A stretch of 64,000 bases of DNA from Chiloscyllium plagiosum (Eukaryota), in NCBI RefSeq assembly GCF_004010195.1, contig NC_057718.1:72345018-72409017 (forward strand), given 5' to 3'. Shown one piece after another: positions 13,850-27,246 of the stretch; position 1 is the first letter of the stretch; every line of letters starts with the position of its first letter. Below the pieces are notes generated by a model. It had not been told where the DNA came from and searched no databases. It saw only the letters and a program-made list of their open reading frames with translations. The position numbers and the translations under genes were made by a program.

Positions 13850-14715
13850 GACACACCCTCTCTCTTGCACACACATAAGCAACTTCTCTCTCGCACAGAT
13901 ACAAAACCCCTCTCTCTCGCTCTCTGTCTTGGAGATGCATATACCCTCTCATTCTTGGACAGATACAAAACACCCTCGCTCTCTCTCTCTCTTTCGCACG
14001 CAGAGACAAACACACTCTTCAGCTCTCTCTCTCACAGACACAAACACCCTTGCTCTCGCATAGAAGCACATTCTCTCTCTCTCTTGCACGGACACACGCT
14101 CTCTCTCTTGCACAGACACAAACACCCCCTCCCTCTCTCGCAGAGACGCAAACACACACAAACATCCCCTCTCTCTCTCTTGCACAGACACACTCTCTCA
14201 CTCATTTGCAGTCACAAACACCCTTCTCTCTCTCTCTCTCACTCGCACAGACACAAACACCCTCTCTCTCTCTTGCACAGACATAAACACCCTCTCACGT
14301 TCTCTCACTCGCACAAACACCCTCTCTCTCCCTCTTACATAGACGCAAACACAGTCTCTCTCTCTCTTGCACAGCCACAAACACCTCTCCCTCGCACAGA
14401 CGCAAAGACCCTCTCTCACGCAAACGAACATACTCCCTCTTTCTCACAGGCGCACACATCCTCACTCTCCCTCGCACAGAGATAAACACTCTCTCGCGCA
14501 CACAAGCACTCTTTCTCCTCACAGACGCACATACTCGCTCTCTCTCTTGCACAGACACAAACACCCTCTCATGGACGTTCTCACTCGCATAAACACAAAA
14601 ACACTCTCTCTCCTTCTCGCATAGACACAAACACATGCTTTCTCTTGCGGACTCAAAACACCCTCTCTCTCACACACATGCAAACAGCCTCTCTCTCGCA
14701 CACATGCAAACACAT
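13850..14715. repeat. CT/CA-rich degenerate tandem array (unit like cacagacacaaacaccctctctctctcttg)
   Basis: Visible low-complexity repeat. Confidence 0.9.
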
Positions 14716-14786
14716 GGAATCATAGCAAGGCAGTCTTTCCACTTATGCAATCAGAATATTGCTACATTCAACCACCCATAAGTCTG

Positions 14787-14960
14787 TGTACAAAAAGCAA
14801 AGACCTGCAGATGCTGGAAATCCGAAACAAAAACATAAATCGCTGGAGAAACTCAGTAGTTCTGGCAGTATCTGTGGAGAGAAAGCAGAGTAAAAGTTTC
14901 AAGTCCAGTGAGTCTTCTTCAGAACAGTTCCAGTTCTCTGGCAATTTATATTTTTGTTGC
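14787..14960 (-). mobile_element. Older Penelope-terminus-derived short element; relatives at about 22900-22950 and 54205-54325
   Basis: ctgcagatgctggaaat...ctggagaaactcag; minus strand has a degenerate CTGAAGA...GAAAC. Confidence 0.5.
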
Positions 14961-15145
14961 CATAACTCTAAATTCTCTTGATATTGTATAGCAAAACATC
15001 ATTGCCCTTACCCTTGACTGCTCAGAAGAGAATTACGGGATCCTTGACATGATTGAAATATAAATTTGTTAACTTTTTGAATGTTATTTTTATAGCTATA
15101 ATTAAAATTAAAACTGCTTTCTACAATTACTGCATTGTATTCCTT

Positions 15146-15368
15146 GGGAGGCAATGGCATAGTGGTGTTTCTTTGGATGTGCGATTTTTTTGTTAGGATG
15201 TCCCCCCCCAGTAAGGCAGTGGAATAACGGCGTTGTCACTGGATTAGTAATGTTCTAGGGATATTAGTCTGAATCCCACTAAAGCAGATGGAGAAATGTG
15301 AATTTTATGAAAAGCTAATCTAATGGTGAAAACATAGCCACTGTCAATTGTCATCAAAAACACAACTG
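15146..15368 (+). mobile_element. tRNA-derived SINE (SacSINE1/DeuSINE-like), split by the L1; resumes at about 21988-22055
   Basis: Similar to copies at 19490-19698, 41460-42125 (-) and 51660-52030; ...caactg|attcactaat...agggaaggaaatctg continues across the L1. Confidence 0.6.
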
Positions 15369-16905
15369 GGGGATCCAAGGTGGCAGCGATCTAGGAAGAT
15401 CACGTTGCACTACACCACAAGCGGGACAAATTTTTAACCCGTCTTACCCAGATCACCATGATATCCTGGGACTCTGGAAAGGTTGTTGCATCCCAGGAAA
15501 CTTAAAAATCAATTTACTTTGGCTTTTGCTGTCCAGGGATGCCAAAGAAGGGTGAAAGAGCGTCCAAGGCTGGGCCTGTGGCCCAGCCTGCAGGATCCTC
15601 AGATTCTATTTCTTACCAGGCCCTGCTGAAGGAGCTCACGAAATCTCGGTGAGTTGTTGGATAAGCAGATAGAGGAGAAGCTGGCCCTGATCTCGGCCAT
15701 GCTGCAGAATCATGAACAGCAACTGGGAGTCCTGGAAAAAAGGATGGATGAGGTAGAACACAGAGTCGCAGTGGTGGAAGTTGATACTGGTTCCTCAAAG
15801 AATAGGATCCAAGCCCTGGAGACGCAGGTCTGTAATTTGCTTGACCAAGTTGATGACCTCGAGAAAAGGGGAAGGAGAAAAAAATATTCAGTTCATTGGT
15901 CTGCTGGACTGTAAGAAAGGTGTGTGGCCGGCGGAATTTATTGCGGACTGGTTGCCGAAGTTCCTTAACTTAGAGGCTGGAATGAGTGGCTTGAAGATCA
16001 AGAGGGCTCACCGGTTCACGGCGCAGAGGTTAGGTCTGGATCAACATCCTTGTCCTATCTTGGTCTGGTTTCATCATTATAGAGATAAGGAGAGAATCAT
16101 GGAAGTTTCCAGAATCCGGGGCAAGGATCCGAAAGCCCTAGTTTACGAGAGTTCTAAGATCATGTTCTTCCAGGACCTCTCTGCAGCAATGATCCAGGAA
16201 AGAAAATCCTATGAGGCGTCATGAGATGACTGAAGGAGCTTGGGTTCCAGCATGCTCTGAAGTATCTGGCAGTGTTTCGGATCACGTTAGATGGATCTGT
16301 ACATCTCTTTGACATGTCAGAGAAGGCAAGAGACTTTGTGGACAAATTAACTTAATCTGAACAACTTAGTATGTACAAATAGTAGTGTTTTTGGGTATAT
16401 CTTTGCTTTTCCCTTTAAAAAAACAGGGAAGTCCGTTCGGAGCTTTCTCCTCCTATCTTTTTATTGGTAAAAATCTGGTCTAAACTATGTTTGACGGCAG
16501 TTGAGATGTGCACTTTCAATTTCTGAGTTAAGTTATACCAAAGGATGGATGGGGTACTTACCTTTTTGTTCAAAATGTCTTTATTCACTAGAAATTACAG
16601 CATGGAATAGCATTCTTTTCTGCTTGTGTTTGTGGTACAGCTCTAGCTAGGAGGAGGGAAATGGCTAGATGCCTACTTATGGGCAGTTTATGCCCGGTTC
16701 AGGTATTTAAATACCCGGACTGCAGTACTGGCAGCGGGATGGCAAGTTGGGTTTTGGGATGTGTAGTTTCCCCCTTTGAGCAGGGGTGTTAATTCCCCTA
16801 TTCAGCACCATTGGCGCTTTATATGTTGGCCTGTTTTTTGGTTTTTGTTGTATATAATCTTTGATAGTTTTGTAGATTTGATAATTGTAGTGGTTTTAAT
16901 TTATG

Positions 16906-17117
16906 AGGAGAAAGTGAGGACTGCAGATGCTGGAGATCAGAGCTGAAAATGTGTTGCTGGAAAAGCGCAGCAGGTCAGGCAGCATCCAAGGAACAGGAGA
17001 ATCGACGTTTCGGGCATAAGCCCTCCTGAAGAAGGGCTTATGCCCGAAACGTCGATTCTCCTGTTCCTTGGATGCTGCCTGACCTGCTGTGCTTTTCCAG
17101 CAACACATTTTCAGCTC
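16906..17117. mobile_element. Fold-back Penelope-derived element, family A, young
   Basis: Near-perfect inverted arms; 15-bp TSD tggttttaatttatg at 16891-16905 and 17118-17132. Confidence 0.85.
17026..17053 (+). ncRNA. Minimal hammerhead ribozyme core, family A
   Basis: CTGAAGA-A-GGGC ttat GCCC-GAAAC-GTC: core boxes, helix II, palindromic AC/GT helix III and GUC cleavage triplet; helix I is weak in this copy. Confidence 0.65.
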
Positions 17118-18920
17118 TGGTTTTAATTTATGTAGTTTTTATGTTTGATGGATCTTGCCACACTAAGGCTCGGCGATTTGTGATTTGAATTCCTCCTCTC
17201 TGGAATCTAAATGTTACTGCAGAACGTTATGGCTAATGACTTAATTAAATGGTGAACCTGGAACATCAACGGGAGTCACTCACCTTTTAAGAGGAAGAAG
17301 ATACCTTCAAGTCTTAGAAAGGAGAAGGTAGATATTGCTTTGTTACAGGAGACACACTGGGATGATAGGGAGCATTTGAAACTACAGCAGAATGGCTTTG
17401 AATGGGTTTATTTTTCATCTTTTAATACCAGAAGCAGGGGAGTGGCTATATTGATTAGGAGGAATCTCCCATTTAAGTTAGTAAGTTAAAGACACCCACG
17501 GGAGGTTTGTAATTCTCAAAGCCCTGATAAATGAGGAAGAATATGGTGTTTTAAACGTTTATTGCCCTCTGGCTCATCATCTCAAATTTCTGGTAGATGC
17601 ATTCTCTAAATTGATCAGTCTCAAGTCCCGGCATGTCATTATAGGGGGAGATTTTGACTGTCTCATGGATCCCACAGTAGACAGGTTGCCCAAAGGCCCC
17701 CCGATACCCTCTGTACAAACTAAATAATTAGTGGATCCGTGTGTTGAGTTAGAGTTGATGGATGTCTGGAGGCGTCTCCACCCTACAGGCAGGGATTTCA
17801 CATTTTTTTCCAATCCACACAGATGTCACACCAGGATTGATTCTTTTCTGACCCTCGTGGCAACCCTGGACTTGATGGCATTTTGTACGATTGGTAATAT
17901 TATTATCCCTGATCATGCTCCAGTGTACCTGTTGGTTAAGATTAAGGACGTTACAGTGGGTTCAAGGCACTTACGAATGGATCCCTTTATCCGCAAGGAC
18001 AATAAGTTTGTGGAGTACCTCTCTAGGGAATTTCGGGCATTCCTAGGCATTAACTCAGGCTTGGTTTCCTTTGGGAAACTGACAAAGCCTATACCAGCGA
18101 CTTAGGTATTTCCTACTCTGTTAGTAGGAAGTAGTAGAAGGGTGAACAGCAAAGTCTCCTCGAAGCACAGTTGAAGGCAGTCGAGAAGGCTTACTTTGAC
18201 AGGTCCTCATTTTTCAAGCTACAGAGGATTACGACGCTGAGGTCTGCATTGAATTCCGTGCTCACACAGACAGCAAAGAAGGAGCTTACTTTCGCAAAGT
18301 AAAGGTTATAGGAGCGTGGTGACAAGCCAGGCAAGTCTCCCCAGGAAAAGGAGTGCCCCTCAAGCCATTACATTGATTAGGGAAGGGTCTGGGAACTTAA
18401 CATGCGATTCCAAAAAGATGAATGTGGCATTTCAGATATTTTACTCCAAGTTATACCAATCTGAGGGTTGTGAGGATGGGTATGTCAAGATGGAGTCCTT
18501 CTTCAAGGATCTGGAGCGACACCCGAACAAGAGTCTTTTCTCAAAGCCCCCTTATCAGAGCAAGAGGTGCAGGAGGCTGCGAAGCAGCTTCAGGATGGAA
18601 AGGCGCCCGGTCATGATGGACTTCCCAGCGAATTCTATAAGGAATTTATAAACATTGTCAGGCCGGATGCTCAACATGTTCAATGACTCATACAGTTATG
18701 ATCGTCTCTTGCCATGTCTGAGAAGGGCCAATATTTTGCTTATTCTTAAAAAAGGGAAGGTCCTGGACCTTAGTAGAAGCCCATTTCAGTCTTAAATGTA
18801 GACTTCAAAATCCTCTCTAAGACCATTGCGTTAAGGCTGGAGAGTGTTACCTTCTATTGTTAAAGAGGACCAGATGGGCTTCATAAAGGGCCATAGATTT
18901 TCCAATAGTGTTAGGAGGCT

Positions 18921-19262
18921 GCATAATATAATTCAAGCATGTCAACAACAGTCAATACAGGGATTGGGGATTTCTCTAGATGCAGAGAAGGCATTTGACC
19001 AAGTTGAGTGGCTGTACCTTTTTTATATTCTGGAGCTATTTGGTTTGGGCGAAGCCTTTATAAGATGGGTGAAGGTTCTCTATAGTGACCCGCATAATAT
19101 AATTCAAGCATGTCAACAACAGTCAATACAGGGATTGGGGATTTCTCTAGATGCAGAGAAGGCATTTGACCAAGTTGAGTGGCTGTACCTTTTTTATATT
19201 CTGGAGCTATTTGGTTTGGGCGAAGCCTTTATAAGATGGGTGAAGGTTCTCTATAGTGACCC
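18921..19262 (+). repeat. 171-bp in-frame tandem duplication in L1 RT
   Basis: Identical units at 18921-19091 and 19092-19262. Confidence 0.9.
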
Positions 19263-19698
19263 TCATTCACTGCAGTCATCATCAGTGGGGTACGATCAAG
19301 CAATTTTAACCCGTGCCTTGGTGCTGGGTGTCAGATACACAGCCTGATTGCTGAGGGACGGTAAGCGAGCTGGGTGTGGTCAGGGAATGTCAGAAGCATT
19401 AGGATGGAATGGTTTGTGGTTAAAGTGGTTGTAGAATCAGTGGAGAATGGAGCAGACCATGGGTGAGGTGAGGACCCAGCGATATTATTGCTGGCCTGTG
19501 AATCCCGAGCCCTGGGTAACTCTCTGTGGACCGCAGTTTGAATCCTGCCACACAGCAGATGATGCAATCTGAATCCATTAAAACAAATCAGGAATTATGA
19601 GCCTAATGATGAGTATGAACACATTGATTGTTGGAGAAACCCATCTGACTCATTAATGATCCTTTTTTAGGGAAAGTAACTACTGTCCTGAACTGGTC

Positions 19699-20358
19699 NN
19701 NNNNNNNNNNNNNNNNNNNNNNNNNNNNNNNNNNNNNNNNNNNNNNNNNNNNNNNNNNNNNNNNNNNNNNNNNNNNNNNNNNNNNNNNNNNNNNNNNNNN
19801 NNNNNNNNNNNNNNNNNNNNNNNNNNNNNNNNNNNNNNNNNNNNNNNNNNNNNNNNNNNNNNNNNNNNNNNNNNNNNNNNNNNNNNNNNNNNNNNNNNNN
19901 NNNNNNNNNNNNNNNNNNNNNNNNNNNNNNNNNNNNNNNNNNNNNNNNNNNNNNNNNNNNNNNNNNNNNNNNNNNNNNNNNNNNNNNNNNNNNNNNNNNN
20001 NNNNNNNNNNNNNNNNNNNNNNNNNNNNNNNNNNNNNNNNNNNNNNNNNNNNNNNNNNNNNNNNNNNNNNNNNNNNNNNNNNNNNNNNNNNNNNNNNNNN
20101 NNNNNNNNNNNNNNNNNNNNNNNNNNNNNNNNNNNNNNNNNNNNNNNNNNNNNNNNNNNNNNNNNNNNNNNNNNNNNNNNNNNNNNNNNNNNNNNNNNNN
20201 NNNNNNNNNNNNNNNNNNNNNNNNNNNNNNNNNNNNNNNNNNNNNNNNNNNNNNNNNNNNNNNNNNNNNNNNNNNNNNNNNNNNNNNNNNNNNNNNNNNN
20301 NNNNNNNNNNNNNNNNNNNNNNNNNNNNNNNNNNNNNNNNNNNNNNNNNNNNNNNNNN
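19699..20358. other. Assembly gap
   Basis: N run. Confidence 1.
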
Positions 20359-21095
20359 CGTTTCGTCCCCTGTCTAAGTGACATCCTCAGTGCTTGGGAG
20401 CCTCCTGTGAAGCGCTTCTGTGATCTTTCCTCAAACCACTACAAATGCTGTCACCTAGACAGGGGACAAAACATCTGCAACACAAATTCCCAGCTTGGCG
20501 AACAGAACCACAACAAGATGAGGACAGTTAGGGAATACTGCCATAACCCAATAGTTATCAATACTGTTAAAGCATGGAGGGTAATTCGACAGAGGCAAGG
20601 CAATATAGGCAAAACATCTTCTCTTACACCTATAGTGGGTATGCCAGGTTTTCAATCGGGGATGATCGATTCATGATTCAAACAATTGGCAGCTACGGGT
20701 ATGTCTTGCATGGGCGATTTATTTGAGGGAGACACAATGATGTCATTTGATCAGTTAGCTATCTACAAGGGACCCCTTTCTTTCTTTCAAAGTTAGGGAT
20801 TGTATTTAAAACAAGACTACACTTTTGACTGATCTCTACAAATCCAAAATAGACAGGAGGGTGCTGAGTGCAAAGAGTGCACTTTCTGTCTGCACTTTAT
20901 ATCATCAATTTGGGAGGGGGGAGGAGCCTTAGAGGAGTTCAAACGACTCTGCAGTGTGTGGGAGAGAGCGCGAGGTGTTGAGGTCTCCTCACAGGCATGG
21001 GAAGATGTTTCTGAAAATGCAAGTAAGATATCAATTTGCATTAGAGCCCGTGCTTTACAGTTGAAGATTCTCCACAGGGTCCACTTGGCTCCGGA

Positions 21096-21342
21096 TTAGA
21101 TTAGATTACTTAGTGTGGAAACAGGCCCTTCGGCCCAACAAGTCCATACCGCCCCGCCGAAGCGCAACCCACCCATTCCCCTACATCTAACCCTTACCTA
21201 ACACTACGGGCAATTTAGCATGGCAATTCACCTGACCTGCACATTTTTGGACTGTGGGAGGAAAGCGGAGCACCCGGAGGAAACCCACGCAGACACAGGG
21301 AGAATGTGCAAACTCCACACAATCAGTCGCCTGAGGCGGGAA
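21096..21342 (-). mobile_element. HE1-type SINE inserted in L1 ORF2
   Basis: Contains gtgtggagtttgcacattctccc...gggtttcctccgggtgctcc on the minus strand. Confidence 0.85.
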
Positions 21343-22213
21343 TCATTTGTCAAAATTTAAACCAGGGGTATCTTCAACATGTCCCAAGTACAAAGTTGGT
21401 ATGGGCACTCTTACCCATTGGTCCTGTGATAGGCTTCAAACATACCGGAGTGCTGTGGCAGGTGCAATGGAGGGGATTTCAGAAGGGTGGAGAAGGACCC
21501 GATCTTCTTCTTGGCCTGCCCAGTTCCCTGTAGATGCGCATAAGAAAAAAAACTTTCCAACATCCTCACTGGCGGCCTTTTTTGGAATACCTAGAGACAG
21601 ATTTGTCTGCCACACTAATAAGGTCTTTTACATAGCCGTAATGATTGTGCTTTACAAGTCCAATATCCAGAGAGGGGGAACTGCGAATGTATGAATATGT
21701 AAAACTAATGCTCTCGATATTCAAGAGTGAGTGTTTTGTTTGGCTGAGCTATTATTATTTATTAGTTTGTTGTTGATTATTATTTATTTAGTTAAATAGT
21801 TAGTTGTTTTTTTTTTAAATATGTATTTTTCTATACATATTTATTCATTTGTACAGGAGGGCAGTTTGGGTTTTTTACATTTTTTTGGTGTTCCTTCTTT
21901 GTATTGTTTTGAATTGTTTTTTTTAAACATTTTTATTGAAAAATAGATTTTTAAATATTACAACAAATGCAATGCAAAACAATACAACTGATTCACTAAT
22001 AGCCTTTAGGGAAGGAAATCTGCTGTCTTTACGGACCTGATTTATATTTGAATCCATACCCTAAACTTCTACATTCCACGAACAAATTACAAAACAAAAT
22101 TGCTCAAAAGTTAGGGGGTCACTGGAATAATGTCAATAGTAACAAGGCCACGCTTGCACAAATGTTATACATGACTCCAAAGTAGTGAATTTAACATAAA
22201 TGATAGGACTCAC

Positions 22214-22350
22214 CCTCCAATCCTTGCTTTTCTAGTAGAATGGGATACACATAGACATACGACTTCAGCTTTTCTTGTTCTACAGCTTGTGTGTCAAGCG
22301 TCACGCTTTCTCCCAGTACCAGAGTTTCATAGGAAATGAATATGCAGCCA
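22214..22350 (-). CDS. Candidate internal exon (137 nt, phase 2 to 1): GCIFISYETLVLGESVTLDTQAVEQEKLKSYVYVYPILLEKQGLE
   Basis: Branch-like ttaac, acceptor cttttcgcttgcctactttag, consensus donor G|gtgagt; only one frame is open. Confidence 0.55.
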
Positions 22351-23034
22351 CTAAAGTAGGCAAGCGAAAAGGTTAATTCACTTCAACAAATTGCAAAACA
22401 ATGTTATTCTTTTCAAGGGTTACTTTAATCATTCAATTTCTTCATAAAACCTTTCCATACCTAGATGCTAAATGAGCCAACAGAAAGTTCTTGAAAATAC
22501 AACAAACTAAAATGGTCTTTCAATACCCGAATAGTCAGGCCCAACTAAAACCTTGCAAGTGCAAGTTTTATAAACTTCAGTATCAACCCAATATGTAGAA
22601 AAAAATAGCTGAATCTTGTGAACATGTGGATATACAATTGGTGAAGGACTTCAGCGTCCATCATGATGATTTGCTTGGTAGCAGTTCGGAATTAAGATAG
22701 CTCAGTTCTGAGGAGCATATTTGACAGACTGGGCCTGCAGGAGATAGTAAGAGAACAAATAAAGGGGAAAACTTACTTGACCTCGTCACCACCCATCTAC
22801 TTATTATATCATGGCAAGCTCGCAGCAGAATTGCATATATCTCAATATGTACTGTCAAGATCCAGTATGTCCTTCACTCTATAAGTACCATCAAGATAGA
22901 AGACAGCAAAAACAAAGTGCTGGAGAAAATCAGAGGATCTAGCAGCAATCAGATGTTAATGTATTTGGAATTGAAGGAGGCAGGGAAATTATTTATGCTG
23001 TGGTCAAATAGGTTGGAAGAGCATCAGGAGATTA

Positions 23035-24420
23035 CATAGAACAGTACAGCACAGCACAGGCCCTTCGGCCCTCGATGTTGTGTTGGCCTTTTATCCTACT
23101 CAAAAATCAGACTAACCTACACACCCCTCAATTTATTGCCATCCATGTGCTTGTCCAGCAGTCGCTTAAATGTTCCAAATGTATCTGACTCTACTAGAAC
23201 CGCTGGCAGTGCATTCCACACTATATAAGTAAAGAACCTACCTCTGACATCTCTCCTAAACCTTCCTCTGATTACCCTAAATTTATGTCCCCTTGTGATA
23301 GCCATTTCTGTCCTGGGAAAAAGTTTCTGGCTATCCACTCTATCTATGCCTTTCAACATCTTGTACACCTCTATTAAGTCACCGTTCATCCTTCATCCCT
23401 CCAATGAGAAAAGTCATAGCTCTCTCAGCCTTTCTTCATAAGACATGCCCTCCAGTCCAGGCAGCAGCCTGGTAACTCTACAGACCTGCAGACTAACCTC
23501 GCAGCTCTTAAACTCAATCCCCCTGCTAATGAAAGCAAACACATCATATGCCTTCTTAACAATCCTATCAACCTGGGTGGCAGCTTTGAAGGATCTATGG
23601 ACATGGACTCCATGGATCTCTAATTATAAAAGGTTATGCCTCAGTTACAGAGTGCTAGTGAGACTACATCTTGAATACTGCGCTCAGTTTTGACATCCTC
23701 ACCTAAAGAAGAATGAAAATGCATTAAAGGCAATTCACAGAAGGTTAACTAGATTGACACCCAGAATGACAGGCAGAGGTGGGTACTGCAGATGCTGGAG
23801 ATTAGAATCAAATTTAGAGTGATGCTGTAAACGCACAGCAGGTCAAGCAGCATCCGAGGAGCAGGAAAACCGATGTTTCAGGCAAAAATGACATTCCCGA
23901 TGAAGGGCTTTTCCCCGAAACATCGATTTTCCTGCTCCTTGATGGTGCCTTACCTGCTGTGCATTTCCAGCATCACTTTAATCTTGACACCCAGAATGAG
24001 CAGACTGTCTAATGGGGAATCATTAGACAGGCAGATCTTATTTTCACCAGAGTTTAGAATAGCAAAGGGTGAATTGATTGAAGTTTCTATTAATCTGAAT
24101 GGTCTGGACAAGATGGATGTAGAAAGATGTTTATTTACTTCTGTGAATGAACAATGAGATTACCCTTTTATGATAAAAATGGAGAGAGTTTTGTTTGGAA
24201 GATTGTGCAGCTTTGGAAAGCTTTGCCTCAGAAGATAGTGGAGGCAGGACCATTGAATATCTTTAAGGCAGAAGTAGATTGATTCCTTTGCCTAACAAGA
24301 ATCTAAGGTTATGGGGATGCATGTGAAGGTGCAATGTATAACACAAACTAATCAGCCATTATCCTCTAGGGGTGGAGCAGGCTTGAAGAGCTGAATGGTC
24401 TACTGCAGCTCGTAATTCGC
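23035..24420. mobile_element. Two CR1 3' fragments (minus 23035-23612, plus 23620-24420)
   Basis: GDLIEVYKML and LVRLHLEYCAQF motifs with CR1 tails. Confidence 0.8.
23770..23983. mobile_element. Fold-back family-A element
   Basis: 16-bp TSD ttgacacccagaatga at 23754-23769 and 23984-23999. Confidence 0.8.
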
Positions 24421-25696
24421 ACATTCATATATTCTGCGAGCTACAATGATCCGAGTTTGACAAGCATAAATTTCCATTAAGTCTATCTTCACTCAGCTCA
24501 GTCCTATCATTTATTTTTTAACTGTTCTGCTGTTGTACCCTTCATTGTAGATTCCTTCCTACCAATGTTAGGTCAACACATCTGTAGTTTTGCCTTTGCT
24601 CTCTTCCTTCGTTCTAAAACAGTGGGATTACATATGCCACCTTCCAATTAACATGGCCCAAACCACCAGGTCCAGAGAATTTACCTCCTTTAAATTGTAT
24701 GCAAATCGCTGGTGCGTTTTTGTTTCATACATATTAATATCCTTCAATTCTTCATCAAATCTAGCCCTTAGATTTATCATTATTTTTCGGAGCTATTAGT
24801 ATTTTCCATTGAATGAAGTTGCTGTCACTGAATCTATTATCATCAATATCCGGTGATTTAAATCTGTGGCCTTCTGATTCGGAGAGAAGGCTGATACCTA
24901 CTGACTACCAGCTGGTTTGGGTATATGGCTATCACCAACACTGTGGTAGTTTGGGAAATCCATCCTTGTTGGGCCAGTACTCAACTAACACTGCTCAGAG
25001 TCAAAGGAGTTGACAATGTCATGCTGGAATCAGGCTGCAATTTCATTTATCTGAAACAGATCAGATGTTTCCTGCCTCTGTGTCAAAAGCAAAGACAATG
25101 TCCAAAGAATCTGTCCCTAGTGGACGTTTACTACCAACAATTGGAGTCTAAGACCTTTGTCCTTGGTTACTGATAGCTTATTGCTCTAGGGGTTGCATCA
25201 AGGGGACAACTATCTAGTTCTTGGTTAACTATCAACTATCTAGGTCAGGATAGGCATCAACTTGTGCAGAAAGGAGCACGAGAAAGCTAAACAGCACTCA
25301 TAGGTTAAATGAATGAGTGGAAAAATTGTTTAATGTCCTCCAATATGGCAAAATGAGAATCATTCATTTTTCATCCAAGACAGACTGATTGGAGAAATTC
25401 TTAAATGATGTGAAACTCAGTACTATAGGAGGAAAAAGACTTTGGAGTTCAAGTACACAAATCATCAAAAGTAGTAGACAGGTACAAAAAGCAATTGAAA
25501 AATACAAATAGAGGCCTCTTTTACAAAGGACATGAAATACATAGCATTGAAAGTTAAGTTTCAGTTCCAAGAATCATAGAATTATAACACCACAGGTAGA
25601 GACCACAGGCCTGTCATGACTGCACTGGTTTTAATACTCGCATTCAAAAACAAACAAAGCAACACAATACAGTCAAGTGATCATTCAAAAACTTAC

Positions 25697-25733
25697 CCTA
25701 CAATAATTGGCCCAGCATATTGTCCAATTCTTC
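25697..25733 (-). CDS. Candidate micro-exon (37 nt, phase 1 to 2): (G)RIGQYAGPIIVG
   Basis: Acceptor cttttattttctaaatactttggcag, donor G|gtaagt; phase fits the 22214-22350 exon. Confidence 0.45.
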
Positions 25734-26359
25734 CTGCCAAAGTATTTAGAAAATAAAAGAATTTTAGCATTTTAAATTCAGAAGAGCACTATCATTAGGT
25801 CAAGAATTAAATTGATTCACACAATTTTTTTATGAAAAGCACAAATCTGGCAGATCGAAACTTTTCTAATATAGGACCAATTTACAGCCTTTTAAAACAC
25901 AGGATGGTTACAGCGTAAAAGGCCATTCATCTGATCATGTCCATGTTGACTCTGCAAGAACCACTCTCATCCATTGTACATTACCAACCCCCTCACCCTC
26001 CATAACCTTTGCAGAGCTAATGCGTAATCTCATGAATATCTCTTCAGATAACTGAGCAGTTTCATTAGGAGGCATTGACTGAATCTGCCTATAACACAAT
26101 TAGTTCATTCTCGATCCAATCATACATAAAACTGTCTTTCCTTCAATCATCATTGTCTCTTCTGCCAATTACTGTATATCAGTGGTTTTTGGCTTGCAAT
26201 CTTCCTGACCAGGTTTTTCATAATTTTGAGCAGTTCAATCAAATCTTGTAGCTTTTGCTTCTCCAATGAGCTTCAACTTCTCCAACTCATCAGGCGACTC
26301 TACTTCACGAATCTGTCCTGCATCTTTTAAAATATGTTAAATGACATTATTGCGATTAC

Positions 26360-26870
26360 AGAGACTTTTTGACGAGGTGATGAAGATGATTGATGAGGAA
26401 AAAGCAGTTGATGTTGTCTGCACAGACTTCAGTAAAGCCTTTGACAAGGTCCCTCATGGCAGACTGGTACAAAAAGTGAAGTCACATGGTATCAGGATGA
26501 GCTGGCAAAATGGATACAAATAGCCATAGGAGACAGTGGGTAGCAATGGAAGGATGCTTTTCGGAATGGAGGACTATGACTAGTGGTGCTCCATAGGCCT
26601 CTGCTGTTCATGATCTACATAAATAATTTGAAGAAAAATGTAGCTGGCTTAATTAATATGTTTATGGATGATGCAAAGATTGGTAGAGTTGCAGATAGTG
26701 AGGAGGATTGTCAGAGGATACAGAACGATACAGATTAGTTGGAGGCATGGGCAGAAAAACGGGAAGATGGAGTTTAATCCAGACAAATGTGAGGTGATGC
26801 ATTTTGGAAGTTCAAGTACAGGTGAAAATTATACAGTGAGTGGCAGAACACTTTGGAGTATTGATGCGCA
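26360..26870 (+). mobile_element. CR1 RT fragment
   Basis: DFSKAFDKVPHGRL and EFNPDKCEVMHFG motifs. Confidence 0.85.
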
Positions 26871-27246
26871 ACACTAGTCCAGGCAAAAGGTTGACTGAAA
26901 CAGAGTTTGTTAATGAAGTTTCGACAGCATTCAACAAAAAGATCTCAGTTATAAATTTGATTGATTTAACGAAAAGAAACCAAAAGATTCAGACTTCAAG
27001 TTCTCATCTTAGCTTAAGGAAATCTGAGAAAAAGGGCAAGGAATCCAGGACAGCTCAGCATGGACCAAGACCTGATAATAGCCACATTTTCATGAATTCA
27101 GTCAGGCCAGACCTATTATTATATCAACCGAAAGGCAGAAATTATGCAATCAGAAATCATGAGTGCAGTACCTATGCATCAATGACATTTAAGCAGAGGA
27201 GGAAAACTTGAGATAAGGGTGAGGTACCCATGTATCAGTTGCCAGC

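Larger units (their letters stand above)
15369..21987 (+). mobile_element. Near-full-length degenerate L1-clade LINE: ORF1 about 15539-16354, ORF2 (APE-RT-Zn knuckle) about 17229-21600
   Basis: ORF1 coiled coil plus IKRAHR and IMFFQDLS; APE DIALLQETH, IIGGDF, RIDSFL and PDHAPV; RT DQMGFIKG and SLDAEKAFD; CPK..GTLTH; many stops and frameshifts. Confidence 0.9.

Noticed and set aside
13708..14713. Many overlapping ORFs in the ORF track
   Set aside because: Translations of a CT/CA low-complexity array
13708..15042. Extra minus-strand exons at 15042-15012 and 13801-13708
   Set aside because: Phase-compatible as an alternative ending, but the first has a weak aag acceptor and the second has no good donor; not supportable without RNA data
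16906..17117. DNA-transposon MITE interpretation of the palindromic elements
   Set aside because: Arms are of unequal length, TSDs are long and variable, single-arm copies exist, and the sequence matches Penelope termini
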